Shown one piece after another: positions 17,756 to 26,505 of a stretch of DNA of 60,603 bases. Under the pieces are notes generated by a model. The model worked only from the letters and a program-made list of their open reading frames with translations. It was not told where the DNA came from and did not search any database. This DNA comes from Candidatus Parcubacteria bacterium (GTDB lineage Bacteria > Patescibacteriota > Minisyncoccia > Phycocordibacterales > UBA918), in contig JAASSY010000001.1 in assembly GCA_021767645.1 (NCBI GenBank), forward strand, positions 1 through 60,603. The letters run 5' to 3'. The stretch's first letter is position 1. Each line of letters begins with the position of its first letter. A program made the position numbers and the translations under genes.

Positions 17756-17999
17756 GTTGTGTAGTTGTGAATGCTTATAAAGGTGTTTGTTGCGTTATAT
17801 GTTGCAATGCTCGATATTCTAAAGTATCAGGATGACCTAGTAGCGCGGCGGAAGAAAAATATCTTACGTGCACTTCACTTAATGAAGATCTTGACACTTA
17901 TTTTTTATACCCCTGAAGTTCCTCGTCAGCTTCTAGGAAGGAAGCTTCCTAATGGAACGGCTCTGAAACTCAGTGGCCTAGCGGCCATGTGTTTCAGGC

Positions 18000-18452
18000 C
18001 TAGAATGGGATGTCGTCTGGATTGATCTCCTCTTCTGGATACTCCGGCATCGACGGTGCCTTGTCGTTATCTTGCGCTGGTGCACTGTTGTTCGTGTTTT
18101 GCGCGGGAGCACCGCCACCACCGTCACCAGAGCGCGGACCAAACTGTACCCGGTCGGCAACAATCTCGGTACGATACATTTTTTGACCATCTTTCTCCCA
18201 GGAGCGAGTCTGCAATCGACCTTCAACGAAGGCACCGCTACCTTTCTTGAGGTATTGGTTAACGGTCTCAGCTTGGCGACCAAATACGACAATGTTGTGG
18301 TAATCGGTCGACTCTTGCCGCTTACCATCTCGGTCGTTGTAGACGCGGTTGGTAGCGAGTGAGAAGGTAGTAACGTTCATCCCACTCGGCAACGCTTTCA
18401 TTTCAGGGTCGCGAGTAAGATTTCCGTAGATCATTGCTTTGTTAAGGTACAT
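18000..18452 (-). CDS. ssb: Single-stranded DNA-binding protein
   Basis: OB fold (NKAMIYGNLTRDPE..TDYHNIVVFGRQAE..VEGRLQTRSWE), a Gly/Pro-rich linker, and an acidic tail ending DDIPF. Confidence 0.95.
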   Translation of the reverse strand: MYLNKAMIYGNLTRDPEMKALPSGMNVTTFSLATNRVYNDRDGKRQESTDYHNIVVFGRQAETVNQYLKKGSGAFVEGRLQTRSWEKDGQKMYRTEIVADRVQFGPRSGDGGGGAPAQNTNNSAPAQDNDKAPSMPEYPEEEINPDDIPF

Positions 18453-18477
18453 AGTGGTTGGCTGGTTACGCTAACAA

Positions 18478-19065
18478 TTAGGCTTTGGTTTCGTCGGCTT
18501 CTGCCGTTGGTGCAGTATCGTTATCAGCTTCGGTGGCTGATGCTGGCTCCGACCCAGTCGAAGCTTCAGTGGTTGCGGCTGCTGCCTCGGTTGTTTCAGC
18601 TGTGGCTGATGCATCAACTGATTCAAGTGCAGCTTCGACATCGACATTGGCTACCTGAGCTTCATCCGCGGCTGCTTCGTGGAAGTAGAAAGGATGTTCC
18701 TCCTCTGCCTTCGTCAGCTTAACTAGTAAGTGACGTAGTACATTTTGATCATCTTCCATTTCTTCAGTGAGCTCAGCGATTGTGCTTGGCTCAGCCGTGA
18801 ATCGTACCCACCCGAAGTAGGCGCTGGTGAACTTCCGGTACTTGCCTTCGAGGTATTTCTCGATTTCGTAAGCTAGCTCGATACGAGCTGGCGCCTCTTC
18901 TGTGTCGAGCGTTCCGCCGGCGTTGGTAATGTAACCTTTGATGGTGTCAAAGGCATTAGCTACTTCCCCTTCAGCAACCGTTGGAAGTACGTGGAAAGCA
19001 AGTTCGTAGCTATTGGTTTCAGCTACTTCGTTTGCTTCGGCTGCTGGCATTGTTGTTTCTGCCAT
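18478..19065 (-). CDS. rpsF: 30S ribosomal protein S6 with long acidic/Ala-Thr-rich C-terminal extension
   Basis: S6 core (YELAFHVLP..RIELAYEI..YFGWVRFTAEP..VLRHLLVKL) followed by ~70 low-complexity residues. Confidence 0.85.
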   Translation of the reverse strand: MAETTMPAAEANEVAETNSYELAFHVLPTVAEGEVANAFDTIKGYITNAGGTLDTEEAPARIELAYEIEKYLEGKYRKFTSAYFGWVRFTAEPSTIAELTEEMEDDQNVLRHLLVKLTKAEEEHPFYFHEAAADEAQVANVDVEAALESVDASATAETTEAAAATTEASTGSEPASATEADNDTAPTAEADETKA

Positions 19066-19180
19066 AGATACAGAATTATGTTAATAACGGGGCTACAGTA
19101 CCACAGAAAAATAGCTCCGGCAACGAGCTGTAACTATGCGAGCACCTGCAGAGTTCTAATAAATAGAACAGGAGGCAACC

Positions 19181-19381
19181 ATGGCACAAAGCGGTAAATT
19201 TCACGCAACTATTCTCCCCTGCCAGCAGCGAGTACAGGTGCCTGACGAGGACGGGGCACTGCTCATCACGCAACACGTCGACACCAGCTACCGCCCCTCA
19301 CTTGCGGGTCACGTCAGAGTACGGCAGCCAGGTGGCGCTGAAGTATGGTGGCGAGTACGTGGAAGCCACAACGAGGAATAA
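19181..19381 (+). CDS. Small hypothetical protein (66 aa)
   Basis: AGGAGG lies 6 nt upstream of the ATG. The stop is 6 nt before a strong terminator (19388-19415). No similarity was recognised. Confidence 0.45.
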   Translation: MAQSGKFHATILPCQQRVQVPDEDGALLITQHVDTSYRPSLAGHVRVRQPGGAEVWWRVRGSHNEE

Positions 19382-19387
19382 ACTGTT

Positions 19388-19415
19388 AGTGCGCGGCAAT
19401 CGCCGCGCACTTTTT
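19388..19415 (+). terminator. Rho-independent terminator
   Basis: AGTGCGCGGC-aatc-GCCGCGCACT followed by TTTTTG. Confidence 0.8.
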
Positions 19416-19449
19416 GTTCGTGCCAGAAACGGTGCTACAATAGGCGCTA

Positions 19450-20352
19450 ATGAGTCGACATTTTATCTTCACCTACCTCCTGCCTGTGACACTTGGTGGA
19501 TTTATAGCGCTCGCTGGTTACCTCTACTACCAGACAACTGTTCTACAGGCTGATCTGGCTGCCATGACAGAACAACGCGATATCGCTGAAGAAGAAGTTC
19601 GGGTACTCAATGAAACAATCGACAATATCCAAGGTGAACTCGCCATTTTGAGCGAAGATTACGAAGAACTCCGCGACGATTATCGTGAAGAGCGCAACAA
19701 GAACGAAGACTTCGAAGACCGCATCGACAACCTTGCCGGAACGCTCGGTAATCTCAATAAGCTCGCGAAAACTGATAAAGAGCTCCTCCAAAAATACTCC
19801 AAAGTGTATTTCTTAAACGAAAACTACGCTCCGGAGCGAATCGACAAAATCGACGATGAGTGGATCCTCGAAGGCAAGGATGAACAGTACTTCCACCGAG
19901 AAGCCTTGCCTTTCTTAGAAGACTTGCTCGAAGACGCTGAGCGAGACGACATTGAGCTAAAAGTTGTTTCTGGGTACCGCTCATTTGACGAGCAGGCCGA
20001 CCTCAAAGGCCAGTTCACGCAAGTATATGGCTCAGGTGCCAATGCGTTCTCGGCTGACCAAGGCTACTCCGAGCACCAGCTCGGCACAACCGTCGATCTT
20101 ACTACCGAAGAAGTAGGTGGCGCGTACGAGAGTTTCGCCAACACCGAGGCGTACGAATGGCTCTTAGATAACGCTCACAAGCACGGTTTCGTCCTGTCTT
20201 ACCCCGAAGGCAATGACTACTACATTTTTGAACCGTGGCACTGGCGTTTCGTCGGTGAAGACCTCGCTCGTGACCTCCACCGTGATGATATGGGCTTCTA
20301 CGATATGGACCAACGAGAGATCGACGAATATCTCATCTCTATCTTTGACTAG
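19450..20352 (+). CDS. Membrane-anchored D-alanyl-D-alanine carboxypeptidase (peptidase M15B/VanY-like)
   Basis: N-terminal TM, a coiled coil, then VanY motifs (VVSGYRSFDEQ, SEHQLGTTVDL, FEPWHWRFVG). Confidence 0.85.
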   Translation: MSRHFIFTYLLPVTLGGFIALAGYLYYQTTVLQADLAAMTEQRDIAEEEVRVLNETIDNIQGELAILSEDYEELRDDYREERNKNEDFEDRIDNLAGTLGNLNKLAKTDKELLQKYSKVYFLNENYAPERIDKIDDEWILEGKDEQYFHREALPFLEDLLEDAERDDIELKVVSGYRSFDEQADLKGQFTQVYGSGANAFSADQGYSEHQLGTTVDLTTEEVGGAYESFANTEAYEWLLDNAHKHGFVLSYPEGNDYYIFEPWHWRFVGEDLARDLHRDDMGFYDMDQREIDEYLISIFD

Positions 20353-20457
20353 CTGAGAGCTGTGTGCTCTGTTTGCACACTCCACAGTCTATTTCCCGTG
20401 ACCTGCTACCGGGTGTATTAAGATAACAAGAGAGACCTTTAAAAATGGAGCGTACAC

Positions 20458-20889
20458 ATGGCACCGACCTACGTCAAAGCGCTCTCTGAAGCGCAGAACC
20501 ACCTATGCTGTTACTGCCACCAAGAAATGCCGGCCGAAAAACACCGGCAAACGAAACGCAACCAGCCAACCAAGGATCACGTCGAGCCACGTTGTCACGG
20601 TGGACCAACCCGACCAGATAATTTGGTTATGGCGTGTGCCCAATGTAACCACATCCGAGGAGCTATGGACGCGGAAGTGTTTTATGACCTCATCTGGTAT
20701 TGGTTTCGTTCAGACGAAACGCTGCACGCGAGATGGCACCACATATCGCACCACGAATTTCGTGCCTTCCAAAAAGAGTGTGCTCGCATTCACCAACTCC
20801 AGTGGCAACGGCGCCTCAAGCGCTGTGTCGCTGCTCGGGTACTGCATGCCATTGTTCCACTGCCTTTTCTACATGAAAGACGAGCCTGA
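20458..20889 (+). CDS. HNH endonuclease domain protein
   Basis: CCYCHQEM...TKDHVEPRCHGGPTRPDNLVMACAQCNHIRG, i.e. an HNH motif with Cys ligands. Confidence 0.75.
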   Translation: MAPTYVKALSEAQNHLCCYCHQEMPAEKHRQTKRNQPTKDHVEPRCHGGPTRPDNLVMACAQCNHIRGAMDAEVFYDLIWYWFRSDETLHARWHHISHHEFRAFQKECARIHQLQWQRRLKRCVAARVLHAIVPLPFLHERRA

Positions 20890-20911
20890 CATCACTGTCA
20901 GGCTCGTTTTA
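20880..20911. terminator. Bidirectional terminator overlapping two convergent stop codons
   Basis: ACGAGCCTGACA-tcac-TGTCAGGCTCGT followed by TTTT. It contains the TGA of the HNH gene and abuts the TAA of tatD. Confidence 0.75.
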
Positions 20912-21742
20912 TAGTGCGTATAAGCGACGTGCGTTGGTCAGAAGCTGCTCGCGCACCACTGCCTCATCAAGACCTTTGAGCTCAGCGATTTTTTTGTACA
21001 CTTCTAGCACCATCCACGGTTCGCACCGCTTTCCCCGGTATGGCACTGGCGCTACGTACGGACAATCGGTCTCAGCGTGCATCATATCGAGCGGCACATA
21101 CTGTACAAGCTCACGATACTGCTCTGCAAATGTAATCACACCAGTAAACGAAATAGTGTACCCCAGTTCCAAGAAGCCCTTCGCCTGCTCGACTGATCCA
21201 GCATAAAAGTGAGCATTACCAGGTACTTTTGCCTCGGACTGCAGTACTGCTAAAGCATCATCGTACGCATCGCGACCACCAGTGTCGCGACCATTTCGTA
21301 GGTGCAGCATGAGTGGCTTCTGTAGCTCGTTGGCTAAATGAACTTGGTCAACAAACACCGCTCGTTGTGCCTCGTACGTGTCAGCACTATTGTGCATATA
21401 ATCAAAACCACACTCGCCAATCCCGACTACCTTGTCTTGCTGGGCTAACTGCTTATAGGTGTCATACGCAAACGTAGGCTCCACCACGGCATCGGCGTCA
21501 GCTGGGTCGGGTGTCACAACGTTGACCGGATGGAGACCAACTATCGCCCAATTCATGTCGTACTGGTGCGCTAAAGTAACTGCGAGCTCACTGGTATTTT
21601 GGTGGGTACCGATGTTAATACACCCCACGCCCCGTTCGTGGTTGTGAGCGATGACCGCTGCGCGGTCTTCAGCAAACTGCGCGAGGTTAAGATGAGCATG
21701 AGTGTCAAGATAATGAAGCCTATGTTCTGCATTACTAACCAT
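20909..21742 (-). CDS. tatD: TatD-family metal-dependent hydrolase/DNase
   Basis: YLDTHAHLN.., GECGFDY, HLR.., and FYAGS.. motifs. ATG at 21742 was chosen because the longer ORF-track start overlaps the palindrome at 21765-21790. Confidence 0.85.
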   Translation of the reverse strand: MVSNAEHRLHYLDTHAHLNLAQFAEDRAAVIAHNHERGVGCINIGTHQNTSELAVTLAHQYDMNWAIVGLHPVNVVTPDPADADAVVEPTFAYDTYKQLAQQDKVVGIGECGFDYMHNSADTYEAQRAVFVDQVHLANELQKPLMLHLRNGRDTGGRDAYDDALAVLQSEAKVPGNAHFYAGSVEQAKGFLELGYTISFTGVITFAEQYRELVQYVPLDMMHAETDCPYVAPVPYRGKRCEPWMVLEVYKKIAELKGLDEAVVREQLLTNARRLYAL

Positions 21743-21764
21743 TTGCACCACTATACCACACCCA

Positions 21765-21790
21765 AAACCTTTCAATCGATTGAAAGGTTT
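21765..21790. promoter_or_regulatory. 26-bp perfect palindrome in the divergent promoter region (candidate operator), copy 1
   Basis: AAACCTTTCAATCGATTGAAAGGTTT. The 24-bp core recurs exactly at 22211-22234. Confidence 0.5.
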
Positions 21791-21804
21791 GCTACGGTGG
21801 TTCT

Positions 21805-22212
21805 ATGGTACATCTTAACCAAAATCAACTTTCTGCAGCGCAACTCAATGACTTATTTGCGCAGCTGAGCAACCTACTGCAAGACAACCCGACTTCATCT
21901 CAGTGTTTAAGTGAATTACTCGGCACCGAAGAGCGCATAATGTTAGCAAAACGACTCGCTATAATAATTTTGTTAGTCGAGAACGTATCGTTGTATAAAA
22001 TCTCTAGAACAGTCAAAGTCAGTCCAGCTACTGCCTTAGATATCAAACAAAAACTGGCAGACGGTCATTACCAAACTATCTTGGCTACGTTTGGAAAAAA
22101 CAAAAGAAATTACTTTAGCATTCTTGAAACAATTGACACCATCCTACACCTAGGCGGTATTCTCCCCCACTATAACGGACTCGATCGTTACCGCGGCGTT
22201 GGCGGTACCTAA
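21805..22212 (+). CDS. TrpR/YerC-like helix-turn-helix protein (putative)
   Basis: 135 aa. EERIMLAKRLAIIILLVENVSLYKISRTVKVSPATALDIKQKL resembles YerC/TrpR-type HTH proteins. Flanked by identical palindromes. Confidence 0.55.
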   Translation: MVHLNQNQLSAAQLNDLFAQLSNLLQDNPTSSQCLSELLGTEERIMLAKRLAIIILLVENVSLYKISRTVKVSPATALDIKQKLADGHYQTILATFGKNKRNYFSILETIDTILHLGGILPHYNGLDRYRGVGGT

Positions 22213-22234
22213 CCTTTCAATCGATTGAAAGGTT
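22211..22234. repeat. 24-bp perfect palindrome, copy 2 (overlaps the stop codon of 21805-22212)
   Basis: AACCTTTCAATCGATTGAAAGGTT, identical to 21766-21789. Confidence 0.8.
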
Positions 22235-22302
22235 AGACGCTGTTTATCTTACTCAATATCTAACTCTATATTTTGAGTGTACACACTGCCCTGCAGGAGT
22301 CA

Positions 22303-22842
22303 CTATGACTCACGGAGGAAATCTTTAATGTATGAATCGTACGTCTCCACGTCGCCGTACCAGTGATCTTTCTCCTCGGTTGTAATTAGTGTCGCTGTCG
22401 GTGCATACTGTTGCAAGGCAGCGGCCGTAAAACGGTAGTCAGCTGTGGGGTCGGCGCTATTGTGAAAGACAAGTGTCGGAACGGTAAGAGTTTCCAGCGC
22501 CGACCAGTCGTTTTGGAATAGATCCTCAGCTGCCATATCAAGCGGCATACCAAAAAATACACAGTGAGTGGGACGCAAAATACCTTCTGCTATTGCCACC
22601 AGAGCCAACAGTGAACCAGCTGACTTAGCCAATACCACTTCTTCACCGCCCAGGAGTGGTTGTGAGCGCTCGCGTAATTTTACCAGCTCTACATCAAAAT
22701 CAATTACTGGGTCACCGGCCTCCCAGTGCTCGTATGATTGACAATGCAATGAATCAAACCAGGGACCGTAGTGGTCACTCATTAAACCTCCCCATGTTTG
22801 GTTAGTAACACTATTGCCGGGCAGGACGATAAGCTGTTGCAT
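22303..22842 (-). CDS. Putative alpha/beta-fold hydrolase
   Basis: 179 aa. Nucleophile-elbow-like AKSAGS, and late D/H residues (NSADP, KDHWY). The family was not firmly identified. Confidence 0.5.
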   Translation of the reverse strand: MQQLIVLPGNSVTNQTWGGLMSDHYGPWFDSLHCQSYEHWEAGDPVIDFDVELVKLRERSQPLLGGEEVVLAKSAGSLLALVAIAEGILRPTHCVFFGMPLDMAAEDLFQNDWSALETLTVPTLVFHNSADPTADYRFTAAALQQYAPTATLITTEEKDHWYGDVETYDSYIKDFLRES

Positions 22843-22844
22843 AG

Positions 22845-24287
22845 CTACGTTTCTAAACGACTAAATAGGTTATCGGGTTTTTTGTTGTGCCTCACCGCCT
22901 CGATAATCTTATCTGCTGTATCTGGAAACAACGGAGATAGGTGGTGAGCAACTACCGCTAGCCCTTGCACTAATTCTGTGATGATGCGTTGCGCGGCTGG
23001 TTTGTCTTCTTTGACCAGCTTAAACGGTTCTGTCTCGGTAATAGTCTCGTCGAGCTCCCCCACCTTCTGCCATACGTAATCGCAGGCTGCCATAAAATCA
23101 TAGCGCTCAAGCGCGTCACGGTACGCCGAGTCAAACGGTGTAGCGGTCGGCTGTTCTACCGGACTATCAAGGTGTGTTTCAGCCATCTTCATGATCCGGG
23201 CCGTTAAGTTGCCGAGGCCATTAACCAAACCAGCGGTATACCACTCGTCCATTTTCTCCCATGTGACGTCAGAATCATCAGTTGGGTGCACGTGACGCAA
23301 GAGTACGTAGCGAGTTGCATCAGTACCATACCGTTCGATCATTTCGTACGGTGAGATCACATTGCCGAGACTCTTGCTCATCTTCTGACCACCGCTATTG
23401 ATAAAGCCATGGTAGAACACGCAGTCCGTGGCGGCGATGCCGGCACTTTTCAGCATTGCTTGCCACATAATCGACTGGAAGCGGACCTGGTCTTTCCCAG
23501 CTAGCTGCAATGTTTCGCCGTCTGCCCAGAATGTCTGAAACGTGCCGTCAGTATCCTCCGGCCAGCCGAGTGTAGAAATATAGTTTGTCAGTGCATCAAA
23601 CCAAACATACATCACATGCTCATCGTCTCCCGGCACAGGGACTCCCCAGTCCATCCGGTCTTTGCGACGAGAGATAGAAAAGTCTTCGAGTCCACCCTGG
23701 ACAAACTTCAACGCTTCTTGTCGTCGATACTCGGGTACCACTACGCCTTCGCGAGAAAGATACTCCTCGAGGTACGCTTGGTAGTTAGAGAGCTTAAAGA
23801 AGTAGTTTTCTTCCTCAATTTCTTCAGGCGTCATGTTCGGGTGGTCAGGACACCGACCATCGACTAAATCACTCTCGGTTTTAAAACTCTCACACCCGAC
23901 ACAGTAGAGGCCTTGGTACTGTTGTTTGTAGATATCTCCCGCTTTGTCGCACAGCTGCCAGATATGCTGAGCAGCCTGCTTATGATGTTCATCAGTGGTA
24001 CGAACGAAGTTATCATAGGAGAGATTGAGAGCGTCCTTGAGGCGGTTAAACTCAGCCGCAAAGTGTGCTACGTACTCAAGTCGATCCTGGCCGGCACTAT
24101 CAGCCTTTTCTGCTATTTTTTGCCCGTGCTCGTCAGTACCGGTACTGAAAAATACTTCATGACCGAAAAGACGCCAGTATCGAGCCAGCGTATCAGACTG
24201 CACTAATTCTAACGCAAACCCGACGTGTGGATCTGCGTTGACGTACGGCAAGGTAGTCGTGATGTACTTGGCTGGTTTCTCACTCAT
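22845..24287 (-). CDS. metG: Methionyl-tRNA synthetase (short form)
   Basis: YVNADPHVGF (HIGH-like), a CxxC zinc knuckle (CVGCESF..GRCPDH), and KMSKSLGN. ATG at 24287. Confidence 0.95.
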   Translation of the reverse strand: MSEKPAKYITTTLPYVNADPHVGFALELVQSDTLARYWRLFGHEVFFSTGTDEHGQKIAEKADSAGQDRLEYVAHFAAEFNRLKDALNLSYDNFVRTTDEHHKQAAQHIWQLCDKAGDIYKQQYQGLYCVGCESFKTESDLVDGRCPDHPNMTPEEIEEENYFFKLSNYQAYLEEYLSREGVVVPEYRRQEALKFVQGGLEDFSISRRKDRMDWGVPVPGDDEHVMYVWFDALTNYISTLGWPEDTDGTFQTFWADGETLQLAGKDQVRFQSIMWQAMLKSAGIAATDCVFYHGFINSGGQKMSKSLGNVISPYEMIERYGTDATRYVLLRHVHPTDDSDVTWEKMDEWYTAGLVNGLGNLTARIMKMAETHLDSPVEQPTATPFDSAYRDALERYDFMAACDYVWQKVGELDETITETEPFKLVKEDKPAAQRIITELVQGLAVVAHHLSPLFPDTADKIIEAVRHNKKPDNLFSRLET

Positions 24288-24408
24288 AGAGCTCAACTGT
24301 ACCATAGGCCGGAAGCGCCTGTCTGGTTGACAGTTTAGAAATATATTATATTTTACAGTGTAGAAGGACTCTCACAGAAATTTTTCATTTTCCAAAGGGG
24401 AAAATAAC

Positions 24409-24933
24409 ATGTTCTACAAAGACGAACGGCTCGCGCTGTTTATCGATGGGCCACACCTGCACCAAGCGGCAAAGGCGCTTGGTTTCGACATCGACTACAA
24501 GCGGCTGCGAGCAGAATTTATGCGCCGGGGTAGGCTACTGCGAGCGCTGTACTATACAGCCCTACTGGAGAACGAGATATACTCGACGATCCGGCCACTC
24601 GTCGATTGGTTGCAGTACAATGGGTTTACCCTGGTCACCAAACCGGCCAAGGAGTACGCCGACAGCCAAGGCCGACGGAAAGTCAAAGGCAGTATGGACA
24701 TCGAACTTGTGGTCGACGCCATGAAGCTTGCACCACGACTAGACCACGCGGTACTCTTCTCCGGCAATGGCGATTTTCGCCCGCTGGTGGAGAGCCTACA
24801 GCGCTCTGGCGTGCAGGTGTCGGTGGTCTCAACCATTGTGAGCCGGCCACCGATGATCTCGGATGATCTGCGTCGCCAAGCCGATAACTTCATCGAGCTG
24901 ACTGAGCTCAGTGAAGTGATCGAAGTGACGTGA
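24409..24933 (+). CDS. NYN/LabA-like domain protein (putative RNase)
   Basis: LALFIDGPHL..., MDIELVVDAM, and VLFSGNGDFRPLVESLQRSGVQV are typical of the LabA/NYN (PF01936-like) family. Confidence 0.75.
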   Translation: MFYKDERLALFIDGPHLHQAAKALGFDIDYKRLRAEFMRRGRLLRALYYTALLENEIYSTIRPLVDWLQYNGFTLVTKPAKEYADSQGRRKVKGSMDIELVVDAMKLAPRLDHAVLFSGNGDFRPLVESLQRSGVQVSVVSTIVSRPPMISDDLRRQADNFIELTELSEVIEVT

Positions 24934-24990
24934 TCGGCCGGCCGCCTCAAGCTGAACCAGATGGTACCTGATACAGCTCCAACAGAAGAC

Positions 24991-25019
24991 AAAAGCCGCG
25001 TGTACTGCGCGGCTTTTTT
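24991..25019. terminator. Bidirectional terminator
   Basis: AAAAGCCGCG-tgtactg-CGCGGCTTTTTT. Confidence 0.8.
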
Positions 25020-25022
25020 CGT

Positions 25023-26408
25023 TTAACGTACGTACGCAACTAAGTCATTGATACTCACCCGCTCCTGCTCTCCCGTGTCGCGGTTACGGACAGTGACAGT
25101 GTCTGTGTGCTCCGGAGCTTCTTCGCCGAGCGTATCAAAATCGATCACGACACAGTGCGGGGTACCGATCTCATCTTGTCGGCGGTAGCGCTTGCCGACG
25201 TTGCCGTTATCATCCCAGGCGACGTTACCAAACTCAGCTTTGAGCATGGTAAAGACGTCTCGAGCTTTCTCTACTAGTGGTGGCTTATTCTTAAGAAGTG
25301 GCGAGACCGCTACCCGGTACGGAGCGAGATGCTTTGGCAAGCGCAAGAACGTTCTCGTCTCACCGTTCATTTCGTCTTCCGTGTACGCCTCGCACAACAC
25401 CGCGGTAAACGCTCGTCCGACACCAAAGCTAGGTTCCAAAACATGTGGAATATAGCGAGTACCATCTGGTTCTATGTATTCCATAGAGACCCCACTATGC
25501 TCCATGTGTTGGCGTAAATCATGGTCTGTGCGGTAAGCAAAACCAGCGAGTTCATCAAACCCCTTCCCAGGGTAGTTGTACTCGAAGTCGATGGTGCGTT
25601 TGCTGTAGTGAGCCAGATCATTGGCTGGTACGTCGTACTCACGAATATTTTCATCCGAGAGACCAATGTGACGATGCCACGCCTGGATGTCTGCCCGCAG
25701 TTTCTCAAAATATGCTTCCCAGTCAGCCTCTTTAACAAAGTACTCAATTTCCATCTGCTCAAACTCACGCACTCGAAAAAGCCATTCGCGCGGTGCGATT
25801 TCGTTGCGAAAGGCTTTTCCTACTTGCGCGATTCCAAATGGCAGCTTCGGACTCATCGTATCAACAACGTTCTTAAAATTGACGAAAATACCTTGTGCTG
25901 TCTCTGGCCGAAGATACACCTTCCCTTCCGCACCAGCTGTCGCTCCGATGTGTGACTCGAACATAAGATTAAACTGACGAGCTGGTGAAAGCTGGTTTCC
26001 TTGTGGACTTGTAACCTTGTGTTCAGCAATGGCTGCGTCGATTTCTGCCAGCGTCATACCTTCTGCTTCCACACCAATGTCTTTTAGCAGGTGATCAGCG
26101 CGATAGCGTTCACCAGTTGTTGTATCCTCGACCAACGGGTCACAGAAGCCAGCACCGGTATGGCCAGATGCTTCCCACACCTGTGCATTCATAATAATTG
26201 AAGCGTCGAGACCATACATATCTTCCCGACTATCGACAAAAAATTTCCACCACTCCTGCTTGAGGTTGTTGTTGAGAGCTACACCAAGTGGTCCAAAATC
26301 CCACGTGCCTCGTAATCCACCATAGATTTCACTCCCCTGAAAAACAAAGCCGCGGCGTTTACAAAGCGATACAATTTTTTCCATTTTATTTTCAGTGGTG
26401 TCTGCCAT
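25023..26408 (-). CDS. glyQS: Glycyl-tRNA synthetase (alpha2 type)
   Basis: 461 aa. RGFVFQGSEIYGGLRGTWDFGPLG, class II motifs, and a C-terminal anticodon-binding domain. Confidence 0.95.
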   Translation of the reverse strand: MADTTENKMEKIVSLCKRRGFVFQGSEIYGGLRGTWDFGPLGVALNNNLKQEWWKFFVDSREDMYGLDASIIMNAQVWEASGHTGAGFCDPLVEDTTTGERYRADHLLKDIGVEAEGMTLAEIDAAIAEHKVTSPQGNQLSPARQFNLMFESHIGATAGAEGKVYLRPETAQGIFVNFKNVVDTMSPKLPFGIAQVGKAFRNEIAPREWLFRVREFEQMEIEYFVKEADWEAYFEKLRADIQAWHRHIGLSDENIREYDVPANDLAHYSKRTIDFEYNYPGKGFDELAGFAYRTDHDLRQHMEHSGVSMEYIEPDGTRYIPHVLEPSFGVGRAFTAVLCEAYTEDEMNGETRTFLRLPKHLAPYRVAVSPLLKNKPPLVEKARDVFTMLKAEFGNVAWDDNGNVGKRYRRQDEIGTPHCVVIDFDTLGEEAPEHTDTVTVRNRDTGEQERVSINDLVAYVR

Positions 26409-26444
26409 ATGTGTTTTAGTTACTGATGTGCAATTACTCTAGCA

Positions 26445-26476
26445 GAAAAGCGCCGGGAAGCGAAGCTTCCCGGCGC
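26445..26476 (-). terminator. Rho-independent terminator of 26506-28533
   Basis: GCGCCGGGAAGC-gaa-GCTTCCCGGCGC. On the - strand it is followed by TTTTCTG. Confidence 0.75.
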
Positions 26477-26505
26477 AATGAAACGATATGTAGTAACTCA
26501 ACTGT

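Noticed and set aside
19302-19553. 83-aa ORF overlapping the small ORF 19181-19381 and the start of the VanY-like gene. A possible frameshift fusion was considered.
   Set aside because: It reads straight through the strong terminator at 19388-19415 and into the next gene's start region. There is no homology support for a fused product.
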